Below, piece by piece: positions 43,003-58,017 of a stretch of DNA of 64,000 nt; position 1 is the first letter of the stretch; the number at the start of each line of letters is the position of its first letter. The notes under the pieces are model-generated. The model saw only the letters and a program-made list of their open reading frames with translations, was not told the origin of the DNA and did no database searches. Source of the DNA: Eledone cirrhosa (Eukaryota); the NCBI GenBank assembly GCA_964016885.1, contig OZ024741.1:163928001-163992000 (forward strand). Reading direction: 5' to 3'. The translations under genes were made by a program, and so were the position numbers.

Positions 43003-43464
43003 CATAATATAGCTGTTGTTGTTTAATCCTTGGATAATACTAAACGAAATAAACTACAACTGTAATCAAAAGCGTTTCATGAATACCCATTGCATTTGTT
43101 AAAGGTAAATACGCTTCAACTATATTATCTAATGAGTTCTGTATTTATTTAAGATGGCTGTTATTTCAAGCAGATTGAGAAACCATATAGATGTTTGCTC
43201 TTTGGCTTGCATAGTAACTTTAGATTCTGAAGCAGCTGCCCATAGTTGTTTGGATTTGTTTTTTTTTGTACACTGTTTCTGTCTTGTGTCTTAAATTTCA
43301 ACATCTTGTCTATTTACATTTCGTGAAAGTATTGATTCGAAGCATTGTGTATGCATATATGTATGTAATGTATGTATGTATAAATATTTGTATATATCTG
43401 TTTGTTGATATATATATATATATATATGTGTGAGCGTGTGTGTGTGTGTGTGTCTGTGTGTGTC

Positions 43465-43575
<111 letters not shown>

Positions 43576-43671
43576 ATAATATTATTCAGTATCCGTTAGT
43601 GGAATGTGATGTTTTAAATAATTTTGTAGATTTATATATATATATATACATATATATATATACATATATAC

Positions 43672-43730
<59 letters not shown>

Positions 43731-43772
43731 CATATATACATATATATATATATATGCGTGTGTGTGTGTGTG

Positions 43773-43838
<66 letters not shown>

Positions 43839-43848
43839 AATATATATA

Positions 43849-43877
<29 letters not shown>

Positions 43878-43881
<4 letters not shown>

Positions 43882-44130
43882 TGTTATGCTTTGGGAGGGT
43901 CATGTTGCCAATAAGAAACACACGCACCAGTTGCTTTCACTCCAATTTATTATACATGTGTGACGAAAGAACTTTGACAATATATGAACAACCGTCCGGT
44001 TATGGAACCAACCAACCGGAAATTTATAAATTCTTAAATTTATAAATTTAATTTATAATAAATTGGAGTGAAAGCAACTGGTGCGTGTGTTTCTTATTGG
44101 CAACATGACCCTCCCAAAGCATAACAATAT
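43878..44130. repeat. Inverted repeat (~70-bp arms)
   Basis: 43878-43951 is the reverse complement of 44055-44130. Confidence 0.9.
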
Positions 44131-44479
44131 CGGTTTCAACACACGTTTTCAGATAAAGAATCTTGTTAAACAAATTCAAATATATATATATTTATATATA
44201 TCGATGTATGTGTATTCATATATCTACTCTTCTTTCTTTTCTATGTAGCTATCGTCTGTTCTCCGCTGCCACCAGAGTACTGAATCAATGTTTTACACCT
44301 CTATCTTTTAATGTAATTCTCTCCCTAATGTTATTGCTACCAGTTACTTCCACGTACCTTTCTTAGCTGATTTGACTTCTGTTTTCTTTTTCTTCAATCT
44401 CTCTTTCCTTCTTTCCGTTTCGCCTTAACGTGGCTCTTGAGAGCTATATATGCAATTATTGTAATATTTATTAATGAAG

Positions 44480-44621
44480 CAAAGAGTTACGGCCCTTTAT
44501 GATCTGAGTTCAAATCCCACCGGGGTTAACTTTGCCTTTCATCCTTACGGGGTCGATAAAATAAAGTACCAGTAATACACTGGGATAATTACTGGCTTTG
44601 TGCCAAAAGTAGAAACAATTA
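44480..44621 (+). mobile_element. SINE copy
   Basis: Family consensus match. Confidence 0.85.
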
Positions 44622-45653
44622 TTTATTAATAGGAAGATCGTTTTCTCTTGAATACTTCTCCAAAGAGAAAATATGATACTTTGAAATTCAAGCTATCTTC
44701 CAAAGATAAATATTCACATTGTGGAACTGCGATCATTGTTGAATGGTGATTCCTATCAAACGATTTCATGACCTGGTAGAAAGACTAATGGAAGGAACGT
44801 CACAAAAAAATGATTTTAAAAATATCACAATTTTCTGTCCTGAAATATGGATTTCTTATATGGGAATGTCATTTTACTTCCTCTTAGAATTCTATAACTG
44901 CAATATACTAATAAACAACATGTTGACTTTAATGAGGTTTGGGAAATTCTCACGACGCAAAACAAATAGAATTTCAAGCTGATGGTAATTTTCTGATGAA
45001 AATGTTTCCCGATATATCAACTAGTAATAAAACTGCTCAAAATAATGTAAGACATGTTAGTTTGGAAAAGAAAAAAGAAAATTAATTAGATGATAAATTC
45101 ATGTTTCATTTGGACAATATTTTGTTCTATAATCAAATATCACTTGTTCATTTACAACTAATCGCGAGAGGCAGTTAGAGAGATTGAAAGAATGAAAGAG
45201 TGAAATCGGATGTCGAATGTTGAAAGAAAGAGAGAGACAACCTGGCGAATGGATAAAGGAAGATAAAGCAAAACAATAATAATAAAATAGAGAAAGAGAA
45301 GAAGAAAGTGAAGAGAAGCAGTTGTTTTATTGTAATTTTCTATCGGTCATCTAAACCTAACGCGCGTTATTTTTACATGTGTTTTAAAAGATTTCCAAAT
45401 ATTTGCAAGATGACTCAATTCTTTCACTGTTAAATACATTGAGCTGTCAAGAGTGGGAAATCAAACCGACATCAATAATCGAAGCATTAACGATGATATA
45501 GTGTATATTAATAGATATATATATTACATCTCTCTCTCTCTCTTTTTCTCTCTCTCTTTCTCTCTCTCTCTCTAAATATAAATATATATATATATATATA
45601 TATATGTTATAGAATGCCGTTAGCTTCTTGCTAAAACAATCTCTATACGTCTC

Positions 45654-45787
<134 letters not shown>

Positions 45788-46255
45788 TATATGCGCACAT
45801 ACATACATATATACATACACACACATACACACACACGTGCACACACACATACACACATACACACACACACACACATACGCACACACACACATACATATAT
45901 ATAATGGATTCTCTTAAACACATGACTTATTGACAAACACCACCACCAAGATATCTACGGGCACAAAATACTTTAAATGTCTATATATAGTGGATTTGTT
46001 TCATTTGTTTGTTTCTTGTATGTGGAAGATAATGTATACAACTGCAACACGTATGCATTGGCAGAAAGTATTTTACAGCTAACAATATAGAAGGCGAGAA
46101 TATATTACTGAGGGGAATTACTCGGAGAATGTCATCCCCACGAATAAAAAATAGTAAATTTAATGTTACCATATTTAAATGCAGTGAGCAATAACGACAA
46201 TGAGTCATCGACTTACAGTATTCTAATGACAAGGACAATATTAGTCAATGACTAA

Positions 46256-46480
46256 GGGTGGTGGATTGGAAGTATCGGTAGAGAGTCGGACGCCATGCTT
46301 TGCAGCAAAGAGTTACGGTCCTTTATGATCTGATTTCAAATCCTGCCGAGGTTAACTTTGCCTTTCATCCTCACAGAGTCGATAAAATAAAGTACCAGTC
46401 ACGCACTGGAATCGATTTAATCGACTTTCCCCTCCCCCAAAATTACTGGCCTTGTGCCTATATAAGAGACCAATATTATT
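46256..46480 (+). mobile_element. Full-length SINE copy
   Basis: GGGTGGTGGATTGGAAGTATCGGTAGAG head, B-box-like segment and family domain. Confidence 0.85.
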
Positions 46481-47292
46481 CAATGACTAATATTGCATTT
46501 TCCTCAAACAATATAATTTTTTCTACTTAATGCTGAAATGGATCTCCGTTGGTTTCGACAATGAATCTTCCTGTTGTTCGATCAAAAGAGCAATTTTCAG
46601 ATGAAATTAATATGTAAGTGGTAGAGTACTTCCATAGACAGATGTAGCCTAAACATCAGTGGTCTTCATCGTAGCAACGTGTGACACGGTTGGCCATTTG
46701 AATTACAGGTACAGTCTATTTGATGGTTCTCCAAACTGTTTCCGGCTACCCAAATTCCCTCGCGGGGTTGATCTGACACTAGCTCATGACGTCAGGTAGT
46801 GAGATCGAAATCGGGACCATATAAATACAAAGCGAACTTTTCAATTATTTGGCCAGGCTGCATCTAACAAAACTACGCTGCTGTGAAAATTAATTCACAC
46901 ACACAAACACGTGTACTCACACACACGCGCGCACATCTTTGTGCTGTGTTTTACAAAGTACATATTTAATTCTCATCAAAATGTTCAAAGCTATTATTAA
47001 AGGTAATCTCTCTCTCACCATAGAATAACACGAAATCAAACTACCATCCACGTTATCCTGTCTATTCATTAAAGCTTACACTTATATATTATGCTCGGAA
47101 ACAATGCACATTTTGTGAATAAAGCTGAACAATAAATTTTCTATTGGAATGTGAAGAGCTGTTGCAAAAGAGTCTGTGATTTTCCAATAACTATACTTAT
47201 ACATATATGCGCGCGTGTGCGTGTGTGTGCGTGTGTATATATATAGATATTTGGACATTCACACACCTATACATACATATCTACACAATGTT

Positions 47293-47915
47293 TACGAGGT
47301 TTGTTCCTATGTACGACCTAGTAACGGAGAACCACGTTGATGTATATAGGCGCACTGGTTATGACCGTGGCTACAAGTACATACTTGTTTCAACCTGATC
47401 GATTAAGTCAGTTGTGAGTTATTATTGTTTATGTACCGACGTGTATATAATCTCTGTTATATTTGCGATGAAAGAAAATATCGAACAACGATACGCGATC
47501 AAATTTTGTAAGAAACTCAACAAATATGCCACCGAAACATTTAATTCTTTAACACAAGTCTATTGAGGTGCCACTCTATCGAGAAGTAAGTCTTTTTAGT
47601 GGAAAAATGCTTTCAAAGAGGGCCGTGAAAATGTTGAAGACGAACCTCGTTCTGGAAGGCCATTCTCGTCAACAAATGAACAAAATGCGGAGGTGGTGTG
47701 AGTGGTGATGGCGAAAGATTGCCGATTAAGTGTTATAATGGTTTCAAAAGCAACGGGCTTCAATAAAATGCAGTTCACAAAATTTTAACAGATCATTTGC
47801 ACATGCGAAAAACAATTATACAAAACTTGTGCCCAAACACTTGTATGTGGAGTAAGAAGCGAACCAGTCGGAAATTTGTCAGAATTTGCTAGAATGACTC
47901 GGAATTGAGCCAAAT
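47293..47915 (+). mobile_element. Mariner transposon 5' remnant with pseudogenised transposase N-terminus
   Basis: From ATG 47468: MKENIEQRYAIKFCKKLNKYATETF...WKNAFKEGRENVEDEPRSGRP, the mariner HTH region, with in-frame stops; TACGAGG.TTGT TIR-like start at 47293. Confidence 0.88.
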
Positions 47916-48049
47916 ACATTAGAGTGTTAGTTGAGGGAGATTTGATTACTATTTCTAGAAAGCTGGGTGATCACGTAGAGGCCACATCGTTAGCTTTTTT
48001 CGTGTTTGTTTCTTGTTGTGGCAGTGGTTTCCTCAACAAAAATTCAATG

Positions 48050-48320
48050 TTGTAATGCAAGTTGAAACCAATCCCAAAGGTCCACTATGAATTTGTATTA
48101 TTAGTATATGTTGTGCAGCAAAGATGGTGGGCATCATATGCAATGTCATTGCAATCTGGACATATATTGCTGATTTCTGCATGGACCAAAAACCGCAACA
48201 CATTTATGGAAGTGTGCACCTTGTATTCCATAGTAGACATTCTTCTTCCATACTGATCATAAACTTGTCTGGTGGTGGAAAGCCGCCAAGCAGTATTTGA
48301 AGTTGAAATCCTCAAATCTC
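48050..48320 (-). pseudogene. LINE ORF2 C-terminal zinc-knuckle remnant
   Basis: NICPDCNDIAYDAHHLCC resembles the CCHC C-terminus of non-LTR RT proteins. Confidence 0.5.
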
Positions 48321-49067
48321 ATCCTCAATTCCCACACGATGAAATTTAATCATTGTCGTGTTTTGGTTTTCTGTTGATGACGGACGAATTTCCAAATTAC
48401 ATGAGATTTTCCACGAAAGTTGTAAATAGAGATGACTAAAATCCTGCAATCTTCATTCTGTTTCGTTTGTAATCCGGATTTGTAGATAATTGGCGAAGTG
48501 AGTTGATACTATTATGGCACTGAATCCTATATTCTGAAGATAACATGTTTGAGCCTAGTTGTATATTAAATATTTTTGTCTGCCATTTTGTAACAGCCTG
48601 TGACTACTCGAAGAGCAGTATTTGGTATAACTTGTGTATAACACTTATGTCTCTAACAACCCTACCTACGGTTATTATTAAATACACTGATTTTTTTAAC
48701 AACAATATAATAATGTATTCTAAAAGCAATTTTCTATTTTTTATTACTTCTATGCAGAGATGGCACGAAATGAATTTTTAATGTCAGGGTCAATAACTAC
48801 ATACTAGATATACCCAAAGATAAACCTAACTGCAAGAAGTAGAGCTGTATAGAAATAGAATCTATTTTCAAAAGAAATTAATAGAGATATAAACGATTTT
48901 CAAAAGAAATTAATAGAACCATCTAAAGCATTTAACCTAAACGAACCTAAACGTTACCGTCAGAACATGTCCGTTACATCAGCTAAAGATTGCATCAAAA
49001 TGTCTCTAACATCACGTCATACTGTCTTTTAATAAAGATCAGATCGAAAGTAATGAAGACTTGAGAG

Positions 49068-49275
49068 ATAGTTAGAGCGTCAAACAAAATTCTTCAGGGT
49101 TATTAGTTAAATCCTTTACGTGATGTGTTCAACTCCTACCGAGATCAACTTTGTCTTTTAGCCCCCCCCCCCCCCCCGGGGTCGATAAAATAAAATACCA
49201 ATCAAGTACTGGGGTTGAATTAATCAACGTTACCTTTCCTCCACATTTGCTGGCCTTTAGTCTAAATTAGAAACT
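49068..49275 (+). mobile_element. Diverged SINE copy
   Basis: GAGATCAACTTTG...GGGGTCGATAAAATAAAATACCA...GCTGGCCTT. Confidence 0.75.
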
Positions 49276-49534
49276 TTTAAGTTGCTTATAATGATGAGGC
49301 GTTCTTATCTTATATTTTTCAGTTGGGATTCAATGCCACTATAGAGTGTCATCTCCCATAGTATCGTGTCGACCAGCAAATTGTGAATCAGTTTCTCTAA
49401 ATGAAACTGAATTAAAGCCCATCAGAGGGGCCTCTCCTGTTTTCTTTTGTTTTTTTTTTTGTTTTGATTTTATTTTGTGTGGTAGACTTCATCGGTCGCC
49501 TGGTACACACAACTGCCTGACGATTGAGCGCATC

Positions 49535-49790
49535 TAACGCCCATTTTGCTACAAGCATTTAGATCAGTTCTCCGGTTTTCGACTTCGACGGAATGTTATT
49601 CTTCTTTGAAACTAAACCACAACAGCAATTTAGCGTCAAGTTTAGCAAGAATATTAATCTGATTTTTGAGAAGACACACTTTCTACTAACTTCAGGAAAG
49701 CTAGAAAGAATTATGAGCTCTCCTCCTACTAAAGCACTAACTAAAATTAAACAGGACCGTTGGCTATATATAAACACGTCGAAATGTCAA
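49535..49790 (-). pseudogene. Possible pogo/Tigger transposase (CENP-B HTH) remnant
   Basis: Minus strand LDAKLLLWF followed out of frame by KNNIP, resembling the pogo-type EALLLWF..R.KNIP motif. Confidence 0.4.
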
Positions 49791-49851
49791 TAACAACATA
49801 AACGTTTGACCTTCTGGGCTGGTAATATAATCTCTGATATATGTATATATA

Positions 49852-49965
<114 letters not shown>

Positions 49966-50730
49966 CATCTGTAGCTCAAGCATTTTCTGTTTGTGTAGTT
50001 GAGTGTGAAAGCTTAATTATGTGTGTGTTTGATTGCGTGTGTATATTTGATTGAATATGTATTTATTGTTTGTGTGTATTTGATTGTGGGAGGGGGTCAT
50101 TTGACTATGTGAATAAATGTGTATTGTTGCCAGAGGATGAAGTGACGTTGACCTTTCATAGAGCACAGGAAACTAGTGGGTGTAATAAAACTTAAAGTTC
50201 ATTGAACAAAAGATTATTTGAATATTTTAGGGAAAATAAGCATTATGAAAATCACAGAACTTATGGTTGTGTTGCTTTAAAGAGAGGAACAACTCTGCTG
50301 AAATTATTTATATACATTCATTTTATGGATTTTTAGTCAAGGAGGAAGGGTTATGTCCATGGCTCTTTTCAGGACCTCGGAGACTGTTGAAGGTATCCTC
50401 AAAGCAGAGACCTGGCCCGATTTCTGGCAACAGGGTGGTTTTGTTACAGACACCCAGGGATAAAATGGTGGTGTTAAATCCGGCGATGAATTAAGTTTAA
50501 CTTCCAAGAACTGACACAATGTTTCTTATGGACCTTCGTGTAGTTAAGGTCTACCTAATTTCATTGATAATACTTGACACTTGTTCAGTGTGTCACACAG
50601 TGGGATCAAGCTCAAGGCAACACGATTGTAAAATTAATAGTTTTTTTTTCTTTTTTAACCAGACAGCCATATATGCATTTATGTGGGCGAGTAATGTTTC
50701 ATAAAGGCATTATTGGAATAAGTGAATAAG

Positions 50731-50841
50731 AAATCCCGCCGAGGTTGACTTTGCCTTTCATCCTTACGGGATCGATAAAATAAAATACCAGTAATGCACT
50801 TGTTAATTGCTGGCCTTGTGCCTAAAGTAAAAACAATTATT
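50731..50841 (+). mobile_element. 5'-truncated SINE copy
   Basis: Family consensus match; TATTGGAATAAGTGAA occurs on both sides (~50711-50726 and ~50838-50853), TSD-like. Confidence 0.85.
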
Positions 50842-52624
50842 GGAATAAGTGAAGCTGCTAATGCTGAACCACATTTCATATCGGCTTCAATGATGCAGTT
50901 ACAAATCAGTGTCATAAAACTACAATGTCAAACGATACTGAAAAGTAACGATTATTTTCTGAAATCGAAATATAAAAAAAGCAAGAACACCAAATATGTT
51001 TTCTGTAATCTTCAGTACAAACGATAACTACGTTTACCTATCTTGTCAGATTTGTATGTAAAGAATGTTTTGTTTTGCTTTTAGTTTTCTATTCTAATCT
51101 AGGTTCAGTGTCAGATATTACCAGACTAGATTCTCCTATTTACCAATATGTACATCATGCAGAGAAATCATCTAGTTGATGACAATCGATAAGTGTCAAG
51201 TATTAGACAGACAATAGAATTGTTATCCAATGTAATCAAAATGATGCACTTCAGAATTGATATAAAAAATTCTATTTCCTTTGTAAGGGTTAAATTTAAT
51301 CTTATGTGACAAAATACAATAATGAGACAGTTGAATGACTGCGGTTGTCCGAGTATATTAGTCGACTTAAAGTATTGCCCAGAACATGGTTGAATTTGAA
51401 CTCAGCCCAAAGTCGTTGTATAGCAGTTACTATTGTCACCACTAGGGTGACTGTCGATATGATTTTCCTTAGGTTTCAGTTGTTTTGATCATCCCTTCAC
51501 TGTCATTTTCTACTTAGTTGGAGGCCAGTTTTAAATCAAATCAGACTCTCTTTTAAAACAAATATCCAAGCATCACCCAGTCGAAAGTGCATTCATTAGT
51601 TTTCCCTTTAAATATATGTTAATTATTAGTTCAGTAGGTTCATCATCCCAATATCTAGGTGTTTGAAAGATGAGATCATGAAGATTGTTATCCATTTGGC
51701 TTTAGCCAGCTTGTTCTTGTATCTAAACTTAAACGGGATAACTCTAAGGGCATTAGTATTGCATAAGTATTGATATTCAGCATATATATAAATAAAATAT
51801 AGCTGTAACTCTTTTACTGTAAGAACATGAAGCTGAAAAATGCCAACAAAATTGTCCTTTTACTTTGATAACTGAGCAGCCACTTTTATAAAATATTAGA
51901 TGTAGCACCTGAAACTAAGCTAAGTCTTTGGTTAGAGACGGTAAACTCTGTCCAACACTAGACAAACTCAAAGACGGTTAAGACCATACCGGAGCCAAAT
52001 TTAAAATCACTGCTCTCAAAGGATGTCAGCAACGAAAGCTTTGTGAAATGGTTATCAAGATATCATAATTAATATTTCTGAAGATGTATTTCTTCAAAGT
52101 ATGTATATTAAGAAAATTGTAAGGAAGCAAAATCGAGTGCTGTCACTAAATTATAACTATTTCACCAATAATTTCTTTACATAACTAGCAAAGATATTGC
52201 AAGCTATATCTATAATTATTTAGTGTGGGCGAAACTGATAGAAAAGACACTATTTTCCTTAGATTTAAGGACAGTTCTATCTCAAAATCATAGAAAATTC
52301 CAATTTCGTTCTGTATATAACTGAAATAACAATAAAAGCCAAGAGATGGGTATTACGTAACGATATTAAGAAAACAGTGAATGCATAGAAATTCTAAATA
52401 CAGGAAATAAAATACAATATGCATGTAATGGAACTAAAGTGATGTATATAAAAATATACATACATATTTTTAACTGCGATATAAATTCCATTGACGCGTG
52501 AAATAAGATTCGCGAATGCCAATGTTTGGTTTCAAAATTTATTTCTTCACGCATGGGACCATTAAATATTTACAAGGCTGCGCATGCACTTATAATTGTT
52601 TGATAGTCAACACACACACGCACC

Positions 52625-53455
<831 letters not shown>

Positions 53456-54305
53456 GAAAAGTTCAGATACACACGTTTGAGCGTGAAGCAACACTGGTCA
53501 GGAAAACAATACGCCGACTAAAACCATCTCGGGACCCATTGATTCAATCTAACATTATTCTTCATATAAAACGAAGGAGGTGAGGTAAGGAACCAGATGG
53601 ACCACAACGCACCAGAGTACTCAATACCTAGGGTAGTAGAGTGGGTAATAGGAAAATGTTTAAACCTAACGGCAGAGCTCAAGCCGTTTCGACGGCTATT
53701 TCTGGTCCAGAAATAACCGTCGAAACGGCTTGAATTCGTGTTTGAATTCGTGTTTGGCCACTTCAGAAAAAAATCTCTCCTAGCGAATTTGTCCCCTGAA
53801 GAGTTCGAAACTCGAGATTTATCCTTAATAGGATATTTCAAAATGAGAACGAAACCCATGGGTCGGGATTTAGTGATTTAATCCTGGTATGTATATAAGA
53901 ATATCTAACTTTAATTGTATACCTAATTGTGTATGGTTGACCGTATATTTAATTAATTTCCACATGCTGTTGAAATGTTGGGTAGATGTTCTGTAGCGGT
54001 TGGCCGCGAAGATGCTGCTATGGTATATTGATTTACTGTTTCTTCATAAGTGCCTTTTAATCTTATAGCCTGGTCTAATTGATTTTTTGTGTGGTTAATT
54101 ATGTTAATTGGAAGAAGAAATCAGGTATATATATTATCAACTAATTCTATGGACTTGCTTTACTTTATAGTATATATATATATATTTTTATTTTTTTTAT
54201 CAATGTCTTGGAATTTAGTCCGCGCTTGCTTTTTTCCATCCACTGAATTATTTTTGTATGAGTTCCCTGTGTCCGCGTATTGCCAGGAATCGTAGCCGAG
54301 AATGT

Positions 54306-54385
54306 CTCCCTGATGAAGAAAGGATTCTCCATGGTCTCCATTTGACGACTATGTATATTCCCTTTCAGAAACTAATTAGTTGGAG
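54306..54385 (+). ncRNA. Type I hammerhead ribozyme
   Basis: CTCC-CTGATGA-aGAAAGG...CCTTTCa-GAAA-CTAATTAG-TT-GGAG; covaries with 32107-32186; both are followed by AGTAAGTAAGTTAATT. Confidence 0.9.
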
Positions 54386-54432
54386 TGAAATTTAAGTAAG
54401 TAAGTTAATTACTATAATTTTCTTATTTTACG

Positions 54433-54501
<69 letters not shown>

Positions 54502-54535
54502 CATACATACACACACACATATATATATATATATA

Positions 54536-56180
<1,645 letters not shown>

Positions 56181-56456
56181 GCTCAATATAAACAGTTCCA
56201 GTCCTGTAGACGCCATTTCTATATTAAATATCTATACTCTGTTATGTATTGAGTACCTTACTTACAGTGGTTACCCCCGATTGAACCCGAGATAAACATA
56301 TATATATATATATATATATATACAGTATTTTCCGTTGTGTTGTAATATAAATATTACACACAGTAATGTTTGCTCGACGGTTCCAGTTGTAGTTCCAAAA
56401 GTAATCCGGAGAAAAATAGAAAGATTTGAATGGATACAGTTTAGTTGAAAGGAATT

Positions 56457-56574
56457 TATTGACACGTGTTTCTATAACAGTTACATAACCTAAAACAGCT
56501 GCTATCTACAAACTTTTAGTTATGCAGACATTCAATATTTCAATGTTATTATTTACTGTCATTTCATCAGAATA
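56457..56574 (-). ncRNA. Hammerhead ribozyme in the inverted pLTR
   Basis: Reverse complement of 57310-57427. Confidence 0.85.
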
Positions 56575-57309
56575 ATATTACTGAGGACCTATTTAGTTTT
56601 TATAGAGAATATTAGGAGGGAGGGGTGAAGTTGTTAGAAGAATAGTTGAAGGAGTGGTTTTTCGATAGCAGTGAGAATTCTTGGTGGCAGTGAGTAATTA
56701 GATTCCCATCTGTTGTTTTGACATTTTTTATAGAATATATTATTGGTGAGAATAGGTGCAAATATGCGATAATGAATGTGTCTAAAAACGTCCATAAGTA
56801 TGTATATATATGTGAAAATGTATATAAATAAGTAAATAAAGTATATATGTTTGATGTATGAAAATGTATACACATGAGCGCGTATGTATGTACATGAATA
56901 CATGTGTGTATATATATGTGTATGCATGTGTATATATATATGTAAGTATGAATATGTGAATTGTGAGTATATGTATTTTGTAGAGGTGTGCAAATATATG
57001 TGTGTATGAATGCGTGGGTGAAAGGATACGTACACTTGAAAGAAAAATTTAAGTCTGAATGTTAATTAAGTGCAAACACAAAACCAACCACGCATATCTT
57101 TACTATCTCTAATCCTTCTATAGATTTAGAAAAATAACCAATAATATATTCTATAAAAAATGTCAAAACAACAGATGGGAATCTAATTACTCACTGCCAC
57201 CAAGAATTCTCACTGCTATCGAAAAACCACTCCTTCAACTATTCTTCTAACAACTTCACCCCTCCCTCCTAATATTCTCTATAAAAACTAAATAGGTCCT
57301 CAGTAATAT

Positions 57310-57427
57310 TATTCTGATGAAATGACAGTAAATAATAACATTGAAATATTGAATGTCTGCATAACTAAAAGTTTGTAGATAGCAGCTGTTTTAGGTTATG
57401 TAACTGTTATAGAAACACGTGTCAATA
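57310..57427 (+). ncRNA. Type I hammerhead ribozyme in the 5' pLTR
   Basis: TATT-CTGATGA(57314-20)-aATGACAGT...ACTGTTATa-GAAA(57412-15)-CACGTG-TC-AATA; helix II carries two internal hairpins. Confidence 0.88.
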
Positions 57428-57632
57428 AATTCCTTTCAACTAAACTGTATCCATTCAAATCTTTCTATTTTTCTCCGGATTACTTTTGGAACTACAACTG
57501 GAACCGTCGAGCAAACTCTACGTGAGCTGATAATCTACTGTGTGTAATATTTATATTACAACACAACGGAAAATACTGTATATTTACCTCTTGTAAAGTC
57601 GAGCAACCCACACAGAAAACGCAACCACAACA

Positions 57633-57965
57633 ATGGAAAAACACTACCTGGATATGTCACTCAAAAACATACCAACCCAAGGTAGAAAGGAATATTTATT
57701 GAGTATGATTCAAAAAACTAATGAATTCATTCGACGTGTCAGGTGGAAAACGCTCCACTATGATAGAAGCCGTATGAACTCAACATTGGAAAGTGGTGTA
57801 AACAACAAATTCGGTTTTAGGACTTGTAAAAACCCACCCACCAACCCACTATTAGATGCATTTGAGCAGGACCTTATGAACTTAATCCTTAAAATTAAAT
57901 TCAAAGGACGCAACACCAACAGCAAATTACAGAAAGATATAAAAAAAACTACTGGACGACCTTAA
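57633..57965 (+). CDS. PLE polyprotein N-terminus (upstream of the frameshift)
   Basis: MSLKNIP...EFIRRVRWK is PLE N-terminal-like; joins the 58018 frame if one A is removed from A8 at 57941-57948. Confidence 0.85.
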   Translation: MEKHYLDMSLKNIPTQGRKEYLLSMIQKTNEFIRRVRWKTLHYDRSRMNSTLESGVNNKFGFRTCKNPPTNPLLDAFEQDLMNLILKIKFKGRNTNSKLQKDIKKTTGRP

Positions 57966-58017
57966 AAACACCAAAGGAATTGTAGTAAAAGCGGACAAAA
58001 CATCAAACCTGTACACT

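Noticed and set aside
50267-50560. GC-richer segment that might be an exon
   Set aside because: No recognisable protein similarity or clear splice boundaries by eye.
53791-53820. CTGAAGAGTTCGAAACTCGAG as a minimal hammerhead
   Set aside because: No helix II, no UH and no helix I.
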